Part shown: positions 18,264 through 28,039 of the stretch, piece after piece | Numbering within the stretch: position 1 is the stretch's first letter | Layout: each line of letters starts with the position of its first letter | Source: an uncultured delta proteobacterium | GTDB taxonomy: Bacteria > Desulfobacterota > Syntrophia > Syntrophales > Smithellaceae | Assembly: GCA_963726395.1 (NCBI GenBank) | Contig: CAVSCG010000036.1 | Location: 19,060-83,059, forward strand | Length of the DNA stretch: 64,000 nucleotides | Direction: 5' to 3' | The notes under the pieces: generated by a model | The model's database searches: none | Told to the model about the DNA's origin: nothing | Seen by the model: only the letters and a program-made list of their open reading frames with translations | Translations under genes and position numbers: made by a program

Positions 18264-18993
18264 TCGTCCCTGAAAAAGTCTTTTTTTTCTAAAAAGCGTG
18301 AGCGGAGTGACTTATACCAAGTCGCATTCTTTGGATAACTTTCTTGGCTGCCAGAAAAAGAAAAACATTTATCAAACAGTCCCCCTTGTCATTTCGTAAG
18401 TTCTATAAATACCGAAAGACACAGCAAAAGTCACATACGAATTGCTTGTACTCAACCCTGTCAATGCTTGATTGAACGCCCTTTTTTTCAAGAAGTTTTT
18501 AGTAACGCGGCAGACCGCCGCAAACTAAGCATTTCAACCACCTCCGAAACAAACTTTTACCTCGTCGCCGCTGACCAGAACACAGCGGGAATACTCCCAT
18601 GAAACAATTAACACAGGTTGCAGTGAACTCATCCTTTCTCTTACTATCATGGCTCGTGCGCATGAAGAATCTGCAACTAAAGCTATACGTTTATCTAAAG
18701 TATGGGAAAGGAAAAGGTAACTTGCAAACGTAACGAAACTTATTGCTTCTTGTCCTGCATGGCTTAAACTCAATGACACTAAAACTCAGTTTGATATTAT
18801 TTCCGCTTTATTAATAAATCATCTGTTAGGTGCACTCAAGGTTTGGTGCATCAGAATTTCATAAATCGCCTCGGTGCAAATAAGTGAGCATTCAAAAATT
18901 CCCCCGGACATACTTTCTTTCAAATAGTACACTTAAATATATTGACAAAGAAGACAGGATTTCCTAGGCTTCCTCCTTAAAAAGGGGGTTCTT

Positions 18994-19713
18994 ATCAAAA
19001 AAATACTGTCAATCATAATTCCAGCATTCAACGAAGACAAAACCATTCATATAATCTTAGACAAAGTGAAAGCAGTGCAATTGCTTGCTGGCGTTGACAA
19101 AGAAGTAATTATCGTTAATGATTGTTCTAACGACAACACAGAAGAAGAAATATTACAATACAAACAAAGCAATCCTGAGCTGAATATTGAATATTATAAA
19201 CATTCCTTCAATAAAGGCAAAGGTGCTGCAATACATACGGGTATTGATAAAGCTAAAGGAGACTTTATTATAATTCAAGATGCCGACCTTGAATATAACC
19301 CGCAAGAATATAATTTAATGCTACAACCAATATTAGACGGCTTTGCCGATGTGGTTTATGGCAGCCGATTTATTGGCGGAAATCCACACCGTATTTTATT
19401 CTTCTGGCATAGTATTGGTAATCGTTTTCTCACATACATTTCTAATATGTTTTCTAATTTAAACTTAACAGACATGGAAACTTGCTACAAATTATTCAGA
19501 GCTGAAATTATTAAACCTATCAAACTTCGAGAAAACCGTTTTGGTTTTGAACCTGAAGTGACTGCAAAAATTGCCAGAGTGAAAAATATACGAGTTTACG
19601 AAGTGGGTATTTCATATTACGGTCGCACTTATGAAGAAGGAAAAAAGATTGGCTGGAGAGATGGTTTCAGCGCACTTCAGTGCATCCTGAAATATAATAT
19701 GTTTTCCCGGTAG
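18994..19713 (+). CDS. Glycosyltransferase family 2 (polyprenol-phosphate sugar transferase-like)
   Basis: LSIIIPAFNEDKTI..VNDCSNDNT..IIQDADLEY. The conserved N-terminus lies upstream of the first canonical start (GTG 19066). No ATG/GTG/TTG occurs in frame between stop 18943 and 19066. AAGGGGG at 18982..18988 looks like an RBS. The start is therefore uncertain or non-canonical. Confidence 0.75.
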   Translation: MKKILSIIIPAFNEDKTIHIILDKVKAVQLLAGVDKEVIIVNDCSNDNTEEEILQYKQSNPELNIEYYKHSFNKGKGAAIHTGIDKAKGDFIIIQDADLEYNPQEYNLMLQPILDGFADVVYGSRFIGGNPHRILFFWHSIGNRFLTYISNMFSNLNLTDMETCYKLFRAEIIKPIKLRENRFGFEPEVTAKIARVKNIRVYEVGISYYGRTYEEGKKIGWRDGFSALQCILKYNMFSR

Positions 19714-19989
19714 TCCGGAATGCGTGTGGAAAAGACACGGCTATAAGAAAATTAAAACTTTTAAAACTGATGGTTCAAGTGTTTACCTTTACTACTTTAG
19801 TGAATAGGTTCTCAAATGACCTAGGTTTGGACTGCACCCCCGTGCTTAGACACCCCAATCCGAGTTAAGTCTCTTTACAGCACGAGAATATTCTTCTGAT
19901 CATCCCCATGAAATGCCATTGGTACATCCCTCTGGAATGATTTACGATGGTCATGATACTCGGGCATTCAAATGGTTCTTCCAAGGGGA

Positions 19990-20449
19990 TCATATCTTTG
20001 TCCTTCTGTACAAGAAATTTTTCCGGGGACTTTTCTCTCTCTTCTTTTTAATCTTTTTATCGCGTTCGTTCTCGCTCAGCTGCAAGATTACGTATATGTC
20101 CGCGGACTCCAGAAAGCGGCTCGGTATCCAGTTCGAAAAAAAGACAACCTTTGCCCCTGTGGAATCGAGAAAACTTCCGGATGATTTTTTGTCAATTTTA
20201 ATCTTTTCCCATTTCAATCGCCAGAATCGGGTTGAATAAATGGTATTGTCATCAATCACCAGAATATCTTTCCGGCCGAAGTTGCCGAAACCCAGCCTGA
20301 CAAATCTTTTGACCATATATGTCTTCCCTGCTCCGGGAAGTCCGGCTATGGCAATCACGGCTCTTTTTTTGATTTCCCAGGATAGTATTGATCTCCTGCA
20401 ATAACTTTTCCAGTCCCATGGTTCCCTGATACGTGCCGATATCTTTCAT
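19990..20449 (-). pseudogene. P-loop NTPase / small kinase-like protein, frameshifted
   Basis: MKDIGTYQGTMGLEKLLQEINTILGNQK | (R)AVIAIAGLPGAGKTYMVKRF (Walker A). Shortening the T7 run at 20364..20370 to T6 restores the frame. A further shift near 20020 may extend the protein to about 19860. The ATG overlaps the heptosyltransferase stop (ATGA). Confidence 0.6.
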
Positions 20450-21585
20450 ATTCTTTTTTCACCGGAAATCCTGCCTCTTTCAGACAGGATGGATTTTAAT
20501 TTCGGTTCCAGAACAGCTGTCACCTCTTCAAGAGAAAGCTCATCCAGACACCGGCTTTGACCGCTTCCATCGCACCCTTTTTTCCCGCAAGGCACACAGG
20601 GCCAGTCTTTTTGAATGATGACATGACCGTCTCCCAATGGCCCCCATCGCCATGCACGCGACGGGCCGAAAATGGCCGCCACAGGCGTGTTCACGGCCGT
20701 GGCCATATGCATGGGACCGGAATCGATGCCGATGAATAATGCGGCTTTGGACAACAGAACGGCTGTTTGCTTCAGGGATAATTGGCCACCGAGATTAAGC
20801 GGGTGGCTCTTGGCCAAAGCGCAGATTGCCCGGTTCAACCGGAGTTCTTCTGCATCCTTACCGCAGATCAGGATGGTCCGGATCGCCCTCTTTTCGAACA
20901 GATAATCGCAGATGGCGGCGTAACCTTCCGCAGTCCATACTTTGTAAAGCGCATTAGATGATGGATGCAAGACGACATAGGGAAGATTATCAGATACGCC
21001 GTTGTTCTTTAATATTGCTTCGCAAGTACTCTGATCTTGGGGGCTCCAATAAATGGTCGGTTTAGCGGGGGGAAGGAAACATTCCAATGCCTTTGCCATT
21101 TCCAGGTGTTTTTTGACAATGTGAAGATTTTTTTCAACTTCAACCAAGTCTGTAAATAAAAGCGATAGATTGAGGTCTTTTTTCCTTTCTATCTTATAAC
21201 TCAATCTTCTCTTTGCACCGCTCAACCAGGCAAGAACTGCCGCACGTTCGTTCCATGTCAGATCAAGGGCCATATCAAATTTATCGTTTCGAATTTCTTT
21301 TATTAACCGGAACTGCTTCTGTAGATCCGATAAAAAGTTCGAATCCCTTTCCACGGTAAAAATTTTGTTGATGGCCGGATTGCCCGTTAACATATCTTCC
21401 GTCCCCTTGTTTACGACAGCTGCGAGGAAGGCCTGGGGGAAACGGAATCGTAGCGCGTCAAATACCGGTGTGGTAAGCAGAACATCACCCAGGTATCTTA
21501 ACTTGATAACGAGAATGCGTGGAGAGCCGGCGATCATGATTTGCGCTCTGGAATCAGTAAACTTTTCATGCTTCGGTTGACTCAT
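20446..21585 (-). CDS. Glycosyltransferase family 9 (LPS heptosyltransferase-like)
   Basis: PRILVIKLRYLGDVLLTTPVFDALR...GIDSGPMHMATAVNTPVAAIFGPS. Start chosen at ATG 21585, which overlaps the upstream TGA (ATGA). The maximal ORF starts at 21612. Confidence 0.85.
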   Translation of the reverse strand: MSQPKHEKFTDSRAQIMIAGSPRILVIKLRYLGDVLLTTPVFDALRFRFPQAFLAAVVNKGTEDMLTGNPAINKIFTVERDSNFLSDLQKQFRLIKEIRNDKFDMALDLTWNERAAVLAWLSGAKRRLSYKIERKKDLNLSLLFTDLVEVEKNLHIVKKHLEMAKALECFLPPAKPTIYWSPQDQSTCEAILKNNGVSDNLPYVVLHPSSNALYKVWTAEGYAAICDYLFEKRAIRTILICGKDAEELRLNRAICALAKSHPLNLGGQLSLKQTAVLLSKAALFIGIDSGPMHMATAVNTPVAAIFGPSRAWRWGPLGDGHVIIQKDWPCVPCGKKGCDGSGQSRCLDELSLEEVTAVLEPKLKSILSERGRISGEKRI

Positions 21586-22589
21586 TTCTTTGCGGAATTG
21601 GTCGCTACCCAATTGAATATTTTTTCAATCTGTTTCTGATAGGTATACATTTCCAGAACTTTTTGCTGTCCTGCCGACGCAATGCTTTTTCTCTCATTCT
21701 CATTTTTCAGATAGTATTTAACTTTTGTGATCAATTCATCATCTGTATCGAATACATCGATTTCTTTTCCAATTTCAAATGCATATTCGACACCGGGTGT
21801 CCTGCGGCATAAGTAAAACCCTCCGCATCCCATCACTGCAAAACTCCTGTTGCTGAGGTATTTCCCTGTGATCGGGATATCAGCGTCTTCGCCGATGAAA
21901 ATTTTAATATGACGAATCACATCAGCGAAATCCTTCGTGTACACTTCTCGCCCCGCCCATATATTGCCGACACCTTTAAGGTGGTATTTTATATTCGTCA
22001 AATCCCTCGCGAGATGCGGCCCCCACCACTTGATGTCGAAACCGTATTTTTTCAACAGCAGAGCGTTTTCGCACCTCCTGCTATAGATGGGGCTTCCCAT
22101 GGTACCGATCATCGCCAGATCTGCATAACAGGGGTAAACAAATGTCTCCCCACCCTCAATCCCAAAAAATTCCTTGGCAAAACCCTGATGCATCCATTTT
22201 ATATTCCTGATTCCCGCCTCTTGGAGTCGTAAAACGTGATCTTCATTGTTGGAAAAAGCAAAGTCGTGTTCCCTGGCTATCGGTATATACCAGTCCCCCA
22301 TCGCGGCATCGAAACACCAGTAAATGGTCATACATCCCTTGCTTCTGAATTTTTTAATAATTTCCGGATTAAGAATTTCTCCCTTCTGGGTAAAAAAATA
22401 GTCGGGCTTTTTTTCCTCAACGAGCGCTAAAAGATCGTTTTCGTAGTTCACTTTATTACGATAGGCATATAGAAAGACCTTTAAACCCAGGCGTTCCATA
22501 GCATCCACGACGAACTGGCTTGAATTGCCTGGTTTATCAATTGGAGTGCAATAGATGATAATTTTGTCCCTGATGCGCTCATTCACCAT
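21582..22589 (-). CDS. CgeB-family / DUF3880-type glycosyltransferase-like protein
   Basis: 335 aa. The C-terminal SNRSFAVMGCGGFYLCRR..DVFDTDDELITKVKYYLKNENERKSIASAGQQKVLEMYTY resembles the Glyco_trans_1_2 (CgeB) domain. Confidence 0.65.
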   Translation of the reverse strand: MVNERIRDKIIIYCTPIDKPGNSSQFVVDAMERLGLKVFLYAYRNKVNYENDLLALVEEKKPDYFFTQKGEILNPEIIKKFRSKGCMTIYWCFDAAMGDWYIPIAREHDFAFSNNEDHVLRLQEAGIRNIKWMHQGFAKEFFGIEGGETFVYPCYADLAMIGTMGSPIYSRRCENALLLKKYGFDIKWWGPHLARDLTNIKYHLKGVGNIWAGREVYTKDFADVIRHIKIFIGEDADIPITGKYLSNRSFAVMGCGGFYLCRRTPGVEYAFEIGKEIDVFDTDDELITKVKYYLKNENERKSIASAGQQKVLEMYTYQKQIEKIFNWVATNSAKK

Positions 22590-22605
22590 AATAAAAATCT
22601 CTTCA

Positions 22606-23820
22606 TTAATATTTGTGACGGGTAATTTCTTCTATCAACTCTCGGAATCGTTGTTCCCTTTTTCCCATTGAGAATTCTTTGATGACTCTTTGTTTAAGGT
22701 TTTTGGCCCTCTCTTTCGCTGCCTCCGGTTCCCTTTCAAGAACAAGGGCGATGGTGTCAGCAAGTTCTTTCGGGTCCAGAAATTTTGGTTTCATCAGCTC
22801 CATCGTGTCGGGATCCACCACATAATCAGGCATAGACGACTCGTCAAGATAAGAATAGCTTGAAGGTTCTATTTTGGGTTTCAACAAGTAGCCGAAGCTG
22901 TCATCCGTAATGATTTCCGGAATGCCATCAATTTTGGAAGCGATAAGGGGTGAACCAGCCAGGGCAGCTTCCAGATTGACGTTACCGAACGGTTCTCTTG
23001 CCGATGGTACGACTGTTACATCGGCCATCTTATAGAAAATTGCCGTGCCTGTCTGCATGCCCGCAAAGATGACCCTGTCTTCCTCTTTTTTCGCTTTGAC
23101 CAGCGCTTCCAATGTTTTTCTTATTTTGCCGTCGCCGACCAAGATAAGCTTTTTGTCCTTTCCCGGGAGATAATTGAGTGACTCGATCAGAGTATGCGCC
23201 CCTTTGATCGTTTCCAATCTTCCGAGAAAGAGTATCACTTTTTTTCCGTTCAGGTTAAATCGTTTTCTTAATTCTGCCAGTTCGCTGTCTCCTATCCGGT
23301 CAGTATGTTCGAGATAATCCAATGGCAAGGAATTGTGTATGACCTTTATTCTGTCTTCAGGAACACTCCATCGCTTGTTCAGCATTGTTTTGGAAGCTCT
23401 GGAGTTGGAAAAGAAAAAATCGAATTTTGAGAGATATTGCGATTCCTCTGCATTGAGAAACCATGAATGCCCCCTGTCGTAAAACACATTTTCCCCTTTT
23501 GCATAGGTGGCAAATAAGTTCATCAGACTCAGATCTTGGATCTCATAGAAAAGGTTTACATCGTGGGAAAAGTCGATATTTTTTTTCACCAGATATGAGC
23601 GAAGAAATTTTGGAATCTTGATCCCTCTCCACGTTTTATATTCATAGACGTGGAAATGGTCCTTGAAGAAAGTCCCGAATTTCTCATTGATTCTGTCTCC
23701 TGTGTGCAATATGTCGTGCTCCCATAAATCTCCCTTTTCCAGTCCGAACTTAAGACATCGGTACAGATGTGTTTCTTTTCCACCGGGGATTTCCAGGTGT
23801 ATGCAATGAAGAATTTTCAT
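22606..23820 (-). CDS. Glycosyltransferase family 4 (GT1 superfamily)
   Basis: 404 aa. Contains LFLGRLETIKG...PSAREPFGNVNLEAALAGSPLIASKIDGIPEII. Confidence 0.85.
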   Translation of the reverse strand: MKILHCIHLEIPGGKETHLYRCLKFGLEKGDLWEHDILHTGDRINEKFGTFFKDHFHVYEYKTWRGIKIPKFLRSYLVKKNIDFSHDVNLFYEIQDLSLMNLFATYAKGENVFYDRGHSWFLNAEESQYLSKFDFFFSNSRASKTMLNKRWSVPEDRIKVIHNSLPLDYLEHTDRIGDSELAELRKRFNLNGKKVILFLGRLETIKGAHTLIESLNYLPGKDKKLILVGDGKIRKTLEALVKAKKEEDRVIFAGMQTGTAIFYKMADVTVVPSAREPFGNVNLEAALAGSPLIASKIDGIPEIITDDSFGYLLKPKIEPSSYSYLDESSMPDYVVDPDTMELMKPKFLDPKELADTIALVLEREPEAAKERAKNLKQRVIKEFSMGKREQRFRELIEEITRHKY

Positions 23821-23828
23821 AAAAAAGT

Positions 23829-25009
23829 TTATACCTTTTTTTCGCGTGCGTGACTTAGCATTTTCTCCTGATACAGATCTTCGTACAGGACAGACATTTC
23901 TTCAAGATAACGCTTCCAGGAATACGCTGGAAGCACTTGCCTGTTATAATCACAAATGGTTTTTCTTTCCAGCGTCAGCCCATTTTCAATCTTATCGGCA
24001 ATTTCAACGGGATTCGTCGGATCATCGATGATATAGCCGTTTTTACCCTCATCCAGAAGCTCTGAACCACCGCATATTCTCGATGTCACCAGAGGGATTC
24101 CCGCCGCCATGGCTTCCAGACAGACATTGCCAAAGGGTTCATAGATGGTCGGAAAAATGAAAAGATCGCTGGCGCAGTAATATCTTTCCACATCGGCCAG
24201 AGGACCCAGGAAGATGACGCGTTTTTCGACCCCTTCCTTTTTTCGCAAGGGCTCGATATGGGCTAATACTGTCTTTTCCTATTACCATGAGCCGAACATC
24301 TGAATCCACTTTTGTCAATGCCTCTGATAGCAAATGGAAGCCCTTTTCTCTTAAAACCGGATCCGACAAAGAGAAGGACTCGTATATCCTGTGAAATTCC
24401 GAGGAAATGCCTTACCTCATTGCGCATCTTCTCACGGTCTGGCAGGTCGAATCGATTTGTGTCGATGGCATTATAGACGACTTTGATTTTTTTCGACGGC
24501 ATCTCATAATGCTTGACAATTTCATCTTTTCCCCTTTTGGATATAGCAATGATCATTCTTGCCTTGCCTTCTCTAAAAATTTTCTTTTCTATCCAAAGAA
24601 TGCTCAGGTGCAACGGATTTATCTTGTGCAAAAAGAACTTGTACCAGGGATCTATTTTCTGTCGTTGAATGAGCCATTCGCGGTGACACCCGTCGCTGGC
24701 CCTGTATATGTCCTGGTAAAGGGTTCTCTCAAAACTATGGACGATGTCGAATTCTTCCCGTTTCAGCATCCTGCGTGCATTAAGGGCAAAACTCAAGACC
24801 TCTAAGAAAGATAACCCCCGGATGATCGGAACCTTATGCAAGACCATCCGGCGCGGTGCAAAATCAGATTCATTTTTGTTAATTTTCCACTCACTGGCAA
24901 AAAGATGAATTTCATGGTTGGATCCGGCAAAATGCTTTATCAAGGCCGCGAGATATCGCTCCGCGCCGCCAAACTCGGAATATTTCTGTTTCACGAAAGC
25001 AATTTTCAT
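23829..25009 (-). pseudogene. Glycosyltransferase family 4 (WaaG/RfaG-like LPS core), two frameshifts
   Basis: Three ORF pieces (24263..25009, 24139..24369, 23829..24248) form one protein: MKIAFVKQKYSEFGGAERY..LFVGSGFKRKG|FHLLSEAL..LMVIGKD..ALAK|KEGVEKRVIFLG..PTIYEPFGNVCLEAMAAGIPLV. Shifts map to a G run near 24355 and to the T6 run at 24238..24243. Confidence 0.8.
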
Positions 25010-25776
25010 CGTTTAGAGCCCTGCAACTCGAGGAGCTTAATGTATTTCAGAAAGGTATAGAACGCATAAAGCACTGAAAGAACAAATCCATAATATCCTT
25101 CAAGAAGACCGAGTCGCAACAAATACATGTTGATGAAGGTATAGGCGGGCCGGAACACGATATGAGAGATTCCGTAAGTCTTCTTTTCCTTCAGCAGTTC
25201 TTTCGCGGCAAGCGTTGAATAACGATCGAGCCGCTTCATAAAGTCTTCCAGTGATTTATAAGTGTGATGCTCCATTGGAAATTTAAGATGGCCGGCAATA
25301 CCGTTGAGTTGAACGGCTTCATGGACCTCTCTGATGCCAAACAGCCCTTTTCCCTTTTGGAAAAGCCGCAAGTTGTAATCAGGATACCATCCGCAGCGTC
25401 TGATCCATCTTCCCAGAAAGAAATTTTTTCTGGCAATAAAATAGCCGTCTTTCGGATTGCCGCTTTCCATGAGGCTTGCAATCTCTTTTCTCAATTCAGG
25501 CGTTATCCTTTCATCGGCATCGAGACTTAATATCCAGTCTCGTGTTGCCTTCTCAATTGCGCTGTTCTTCTGCAGCGCAAATCCTTTCCATGATTCTTTG
25601 ATAAAATTGACGCCGAAAGCCCTGCAAATTTCTTCAGTGCTGTCAGTACTGTCGGAATCGACAACAATAATCTCATCAGCCCATTTGACGCTTTCCAGAC
25701 ATTCTCTGATATTGTCTTCTTCATTGTGGGTAATGATGACCGCAGACAGCCCTTTTGAAGAATTTTTTTGAGTCAT
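25006..25776 (-). CDS. Glycosyltransferase family 2 (WaaE/KdtX-like)
   Basis: LSAVIITHNEEDNIRECLESVKWADEIIVVDSDSTDST..LDADER. The stop overlaps the next start (ATGA). Confidence 0.85.
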   Translation of the reverse strand: MTQKNSSKGLSAVIITHNEEDNIRECLESVKWADEIIVVDSDSTDSTEEICRAFGVNFIKESWKGFALQKNSAIEKATRDWILSLDADERITPELRKEIASLMESGNPKDGYFIARKNFFLGRWIRRCGWYPDYNLRLFQKGKGLFGIREVHEAVQLNGIAGHLKFPMEHHTYKSLEDFMKRLDRYSTLAAKELLKEKKTYGISHIVFRPAYTFINMYLLRLGLLEGYYGFVLSVLYAFYTFLKYIKLLELQGSKR

Positions 25777-26120
25777 GGCTTTATTCCCTATATCATCTCT
25801 CTATTTAGATTCATTTCGCATACCTGAGATTTAATCAGCCCAAAGACGGCAATCCATCATTTTCTATTTAAATGTTGCAATGTTACGAGAATTTTGTATA
25901 GATCTGTTCAGGCAATAGATAAGATGATCCTTTCAACGAGCGGAAGTATAAGAAACACACCCTTCCGTGTCAAGAAAATATTGGGTCAAGGATGGATGAA
26001 ACGGTTCGAATGAGCGCAGTTTCTGATCTATCGACGGTATTTTGTTTGACATACAGATTTAATTTTATATAAACATCAAAAATGGCTGGTTCTTATAAAA
26101 CTTAAATCCCGGGTGCTGAA

Positions 26121-27027
26121 ATGCGTGAACTGAAAGATTACACCTTGCGTGAATGGTTGCGGATAAAACCAATTGACCATTTCATGATCGAGGTAGCCAA
26201 CGACACTCTTCAAAGCGTCTTTTGCAAATTACGGCCAAAAGCACTGGGACATTTTCTTCAAGATGCCCAGCATCTGTCGGGGAAAAAATATCGGGTTGGT
26301 CATTGCCTTTGAAAAACCGTGGGTGCTTGATTTGTTGTTAAAAACATCGGCCCGCAATTTAACCGGCGGAACTTTGCTCGTCTTCGACAATTCCCGCACA
26401 CAGGAAGCCCGGAAGGATATTGCCCGTGTGTGCCAAGAGAGCGCTGTTCCTTATCTTTCTCTACCGCCCTGCCCGACGCGGCATGCCAACCGCTCAAATG
26501 GCATGGCGATGACCTGGGTATTCAATAATGTGGTCAAGACAATAATGCCGAAAACCTTTACCTTCATTGATCACGACCTTATCCCGCTTGAAAAAACCAA
26601 GCTAGGGACAGGGCTGGAAAACCAACTTTTCTATGGAGCCATTAGGGCAGGCAAACTGGGTTTTTGGACCCTGTGGGCCGGATACTGCTCTTATAATTTC
26701 CCGGCCGTGGAACATCTCAAGCTGAATTTTCTCAATGATTTCTCCCGCGACCTGGACACCGGAGGACGGAACTGGCCCCTGCTCTATAAATTCCATAATC
26801 AGAATCAAATACGATTTGCTCCGAGAAACAAGACCGAACTAATAGATCCTCTGGATAAAAGCATCAGCAATTATCGCGTCAGCATTGTGGATAACTGTTG
26901 GCTTCATTTCGGCGGGGCCAGCTATCAAAAAAAATTCCAGGAAGGTTATGAGTTTTATCAGCGCATAGCCGGAGCTATAACCGAAGGCAAAAAATTAAAT
27001 ACATTAATAAATTTATCTTCCGGATAA
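26121..27027 (+). pseudogene. Hypothetical nucleotide-sugar-transferase-like protein, frameshifted
   Basis: 26121..26312 and 26263..27027 join if the A6 run at 26283..26288 is A5: ..AQHLSGKNIGLVIAFEKPW..LLVFDNSRTQEAR..FIDHDLIP. GT-A-like features only; no named family recognised. Confidence 0.5.
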
Positions 27028-27861
27028 GGCGGCATCCAGCGTGTTTTTCATCAGCATGGCAATGGTCATCGGGCCCACGCCGCCGGGCACCGGAGTAATA
27101 TAGGACGCTTTGGCGGCAACTTCATCGAAAGCAACATCGCCGGATAGTTTGCCGTTATTCAGCCGATTGACACCAACATCTATTACGACAGCTCCTTCTT
27201 TCACCATGTCCGCTGTAATCATCCGGGCCTTGCCTACAGCGGCGATCAGCACATCGGCGCGCGAGGTCACAGTAGGCAGATCTTTTGTTTTGGAATGACA
27301 CATCGTGACCGTCGCGTTTTGCGCCAGAAGCAGTAGCGCCATAGGTTTGCCGACGATATTGCTGCGCCCGACGACGACCGCGTCTTTCCCGGAAAGCTCA
27401 ATGCCGGTGCGGGCAATTAATTCCATGATGCCTCGGGGCGTGCAGGGAATAAAGAGCGGCGAGCCGGTAACGAGTCCTCCCACATTGTAGGGATGAAAAC
27501 CATCCACATCTTTGTGGGGATCAATGGCGGCAATGATTTTGTCCGTGGCAATATGTTTGGGAAGCGGAAGCTGAACCAGAATGCCGTGAAGGCATTGATC
27601 CTGATTCAGATCATTGATCAAGTTCAGCAGTTTCGTTTCAGTGGCATCTGCAGGCAATTTATATTCTCGCGACAGAAAACCAACTTCCGCGCAGGCCTTG
27701 GCCTTTCTTCCAACATAGATCTGCGAAGCCGGGTCGTCTCCCACGAGCACAACCGCTAATCCGGGAACAATACCGGTCTTCTCCTTGAATACGGACGTTT
27801 CTTCACGAATCGCCTTACGGATATCCTGCGCTATTTTATTACCATCTATAATGATCGACAT
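27013..27861 (-). CDS. folD: Bifunctional methylenetetrahydrofolate dehydrogenase/cyclohydrolase
   Basis: 282 aa. Contains PGLAVVLVGDDPASQIYV...VQLPLP...GRSNIVGKPMALLL...TPVPGGVGPMT. Confidence 0.95.
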   Translation of the reverse strand: MSIIIDGNKIAQDIRKAIREETSVFKEKTGIVPGLAVVLVGDDPASQIYVGRKAKACAEVGFLSREYKLPADATETKLLNLINDLNQDQCLHGILVQLPLPKHIATDKIIAAIDPHKDVDGFHPYNVGGLVTGSPLFIPCTPRGIMELIARTGIELSGKDAVVVGRSNIVGKPMALLLLAQNATVTMCHSKTKDLPTVTSRADVLIAAVGKARMITADMVKEGAVVIDVGVNRLNNGKLSGDVAFDEVAAKASYITPVPGGVGPMTIAMLMKNTLDAALSGR

Positions 27862-28039
27862 GCCTTGCCTTTTATTTGAATATTATTCTTTGTGCCCAAC
27901 CGGGCAGGAATATAGGGTAAAAATAAAGCACTGGCAAGTAAAAAACACTGCTGCCCGATGAAATAATGTCATCCGATGGATATCTTCTTGAAAAAATATC
28001 CATTCTTTGTTAAGTGAGCAGCAAGAATTGCGGGGTGAT

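Noticed and set aside
18534-18779. 81-aa minus-strand ORF and short plus-strand ORFs in the 18264..18990 gap.
   Set aside because: No recognisable domains, poor start contexts and low-complexity content. I treat the region as non-coding or degraded sequence (see the finding on the AT-rich patch).
21337-21350. tRNA T-loop-like strings (GTTCGAATCC at about 21340; GGTTCAAGT near 19772).
   Set aside because: No acceptor or anticodon stems can be built around them. The first lies inside the GT9 coding sequence. No tRNA is called.
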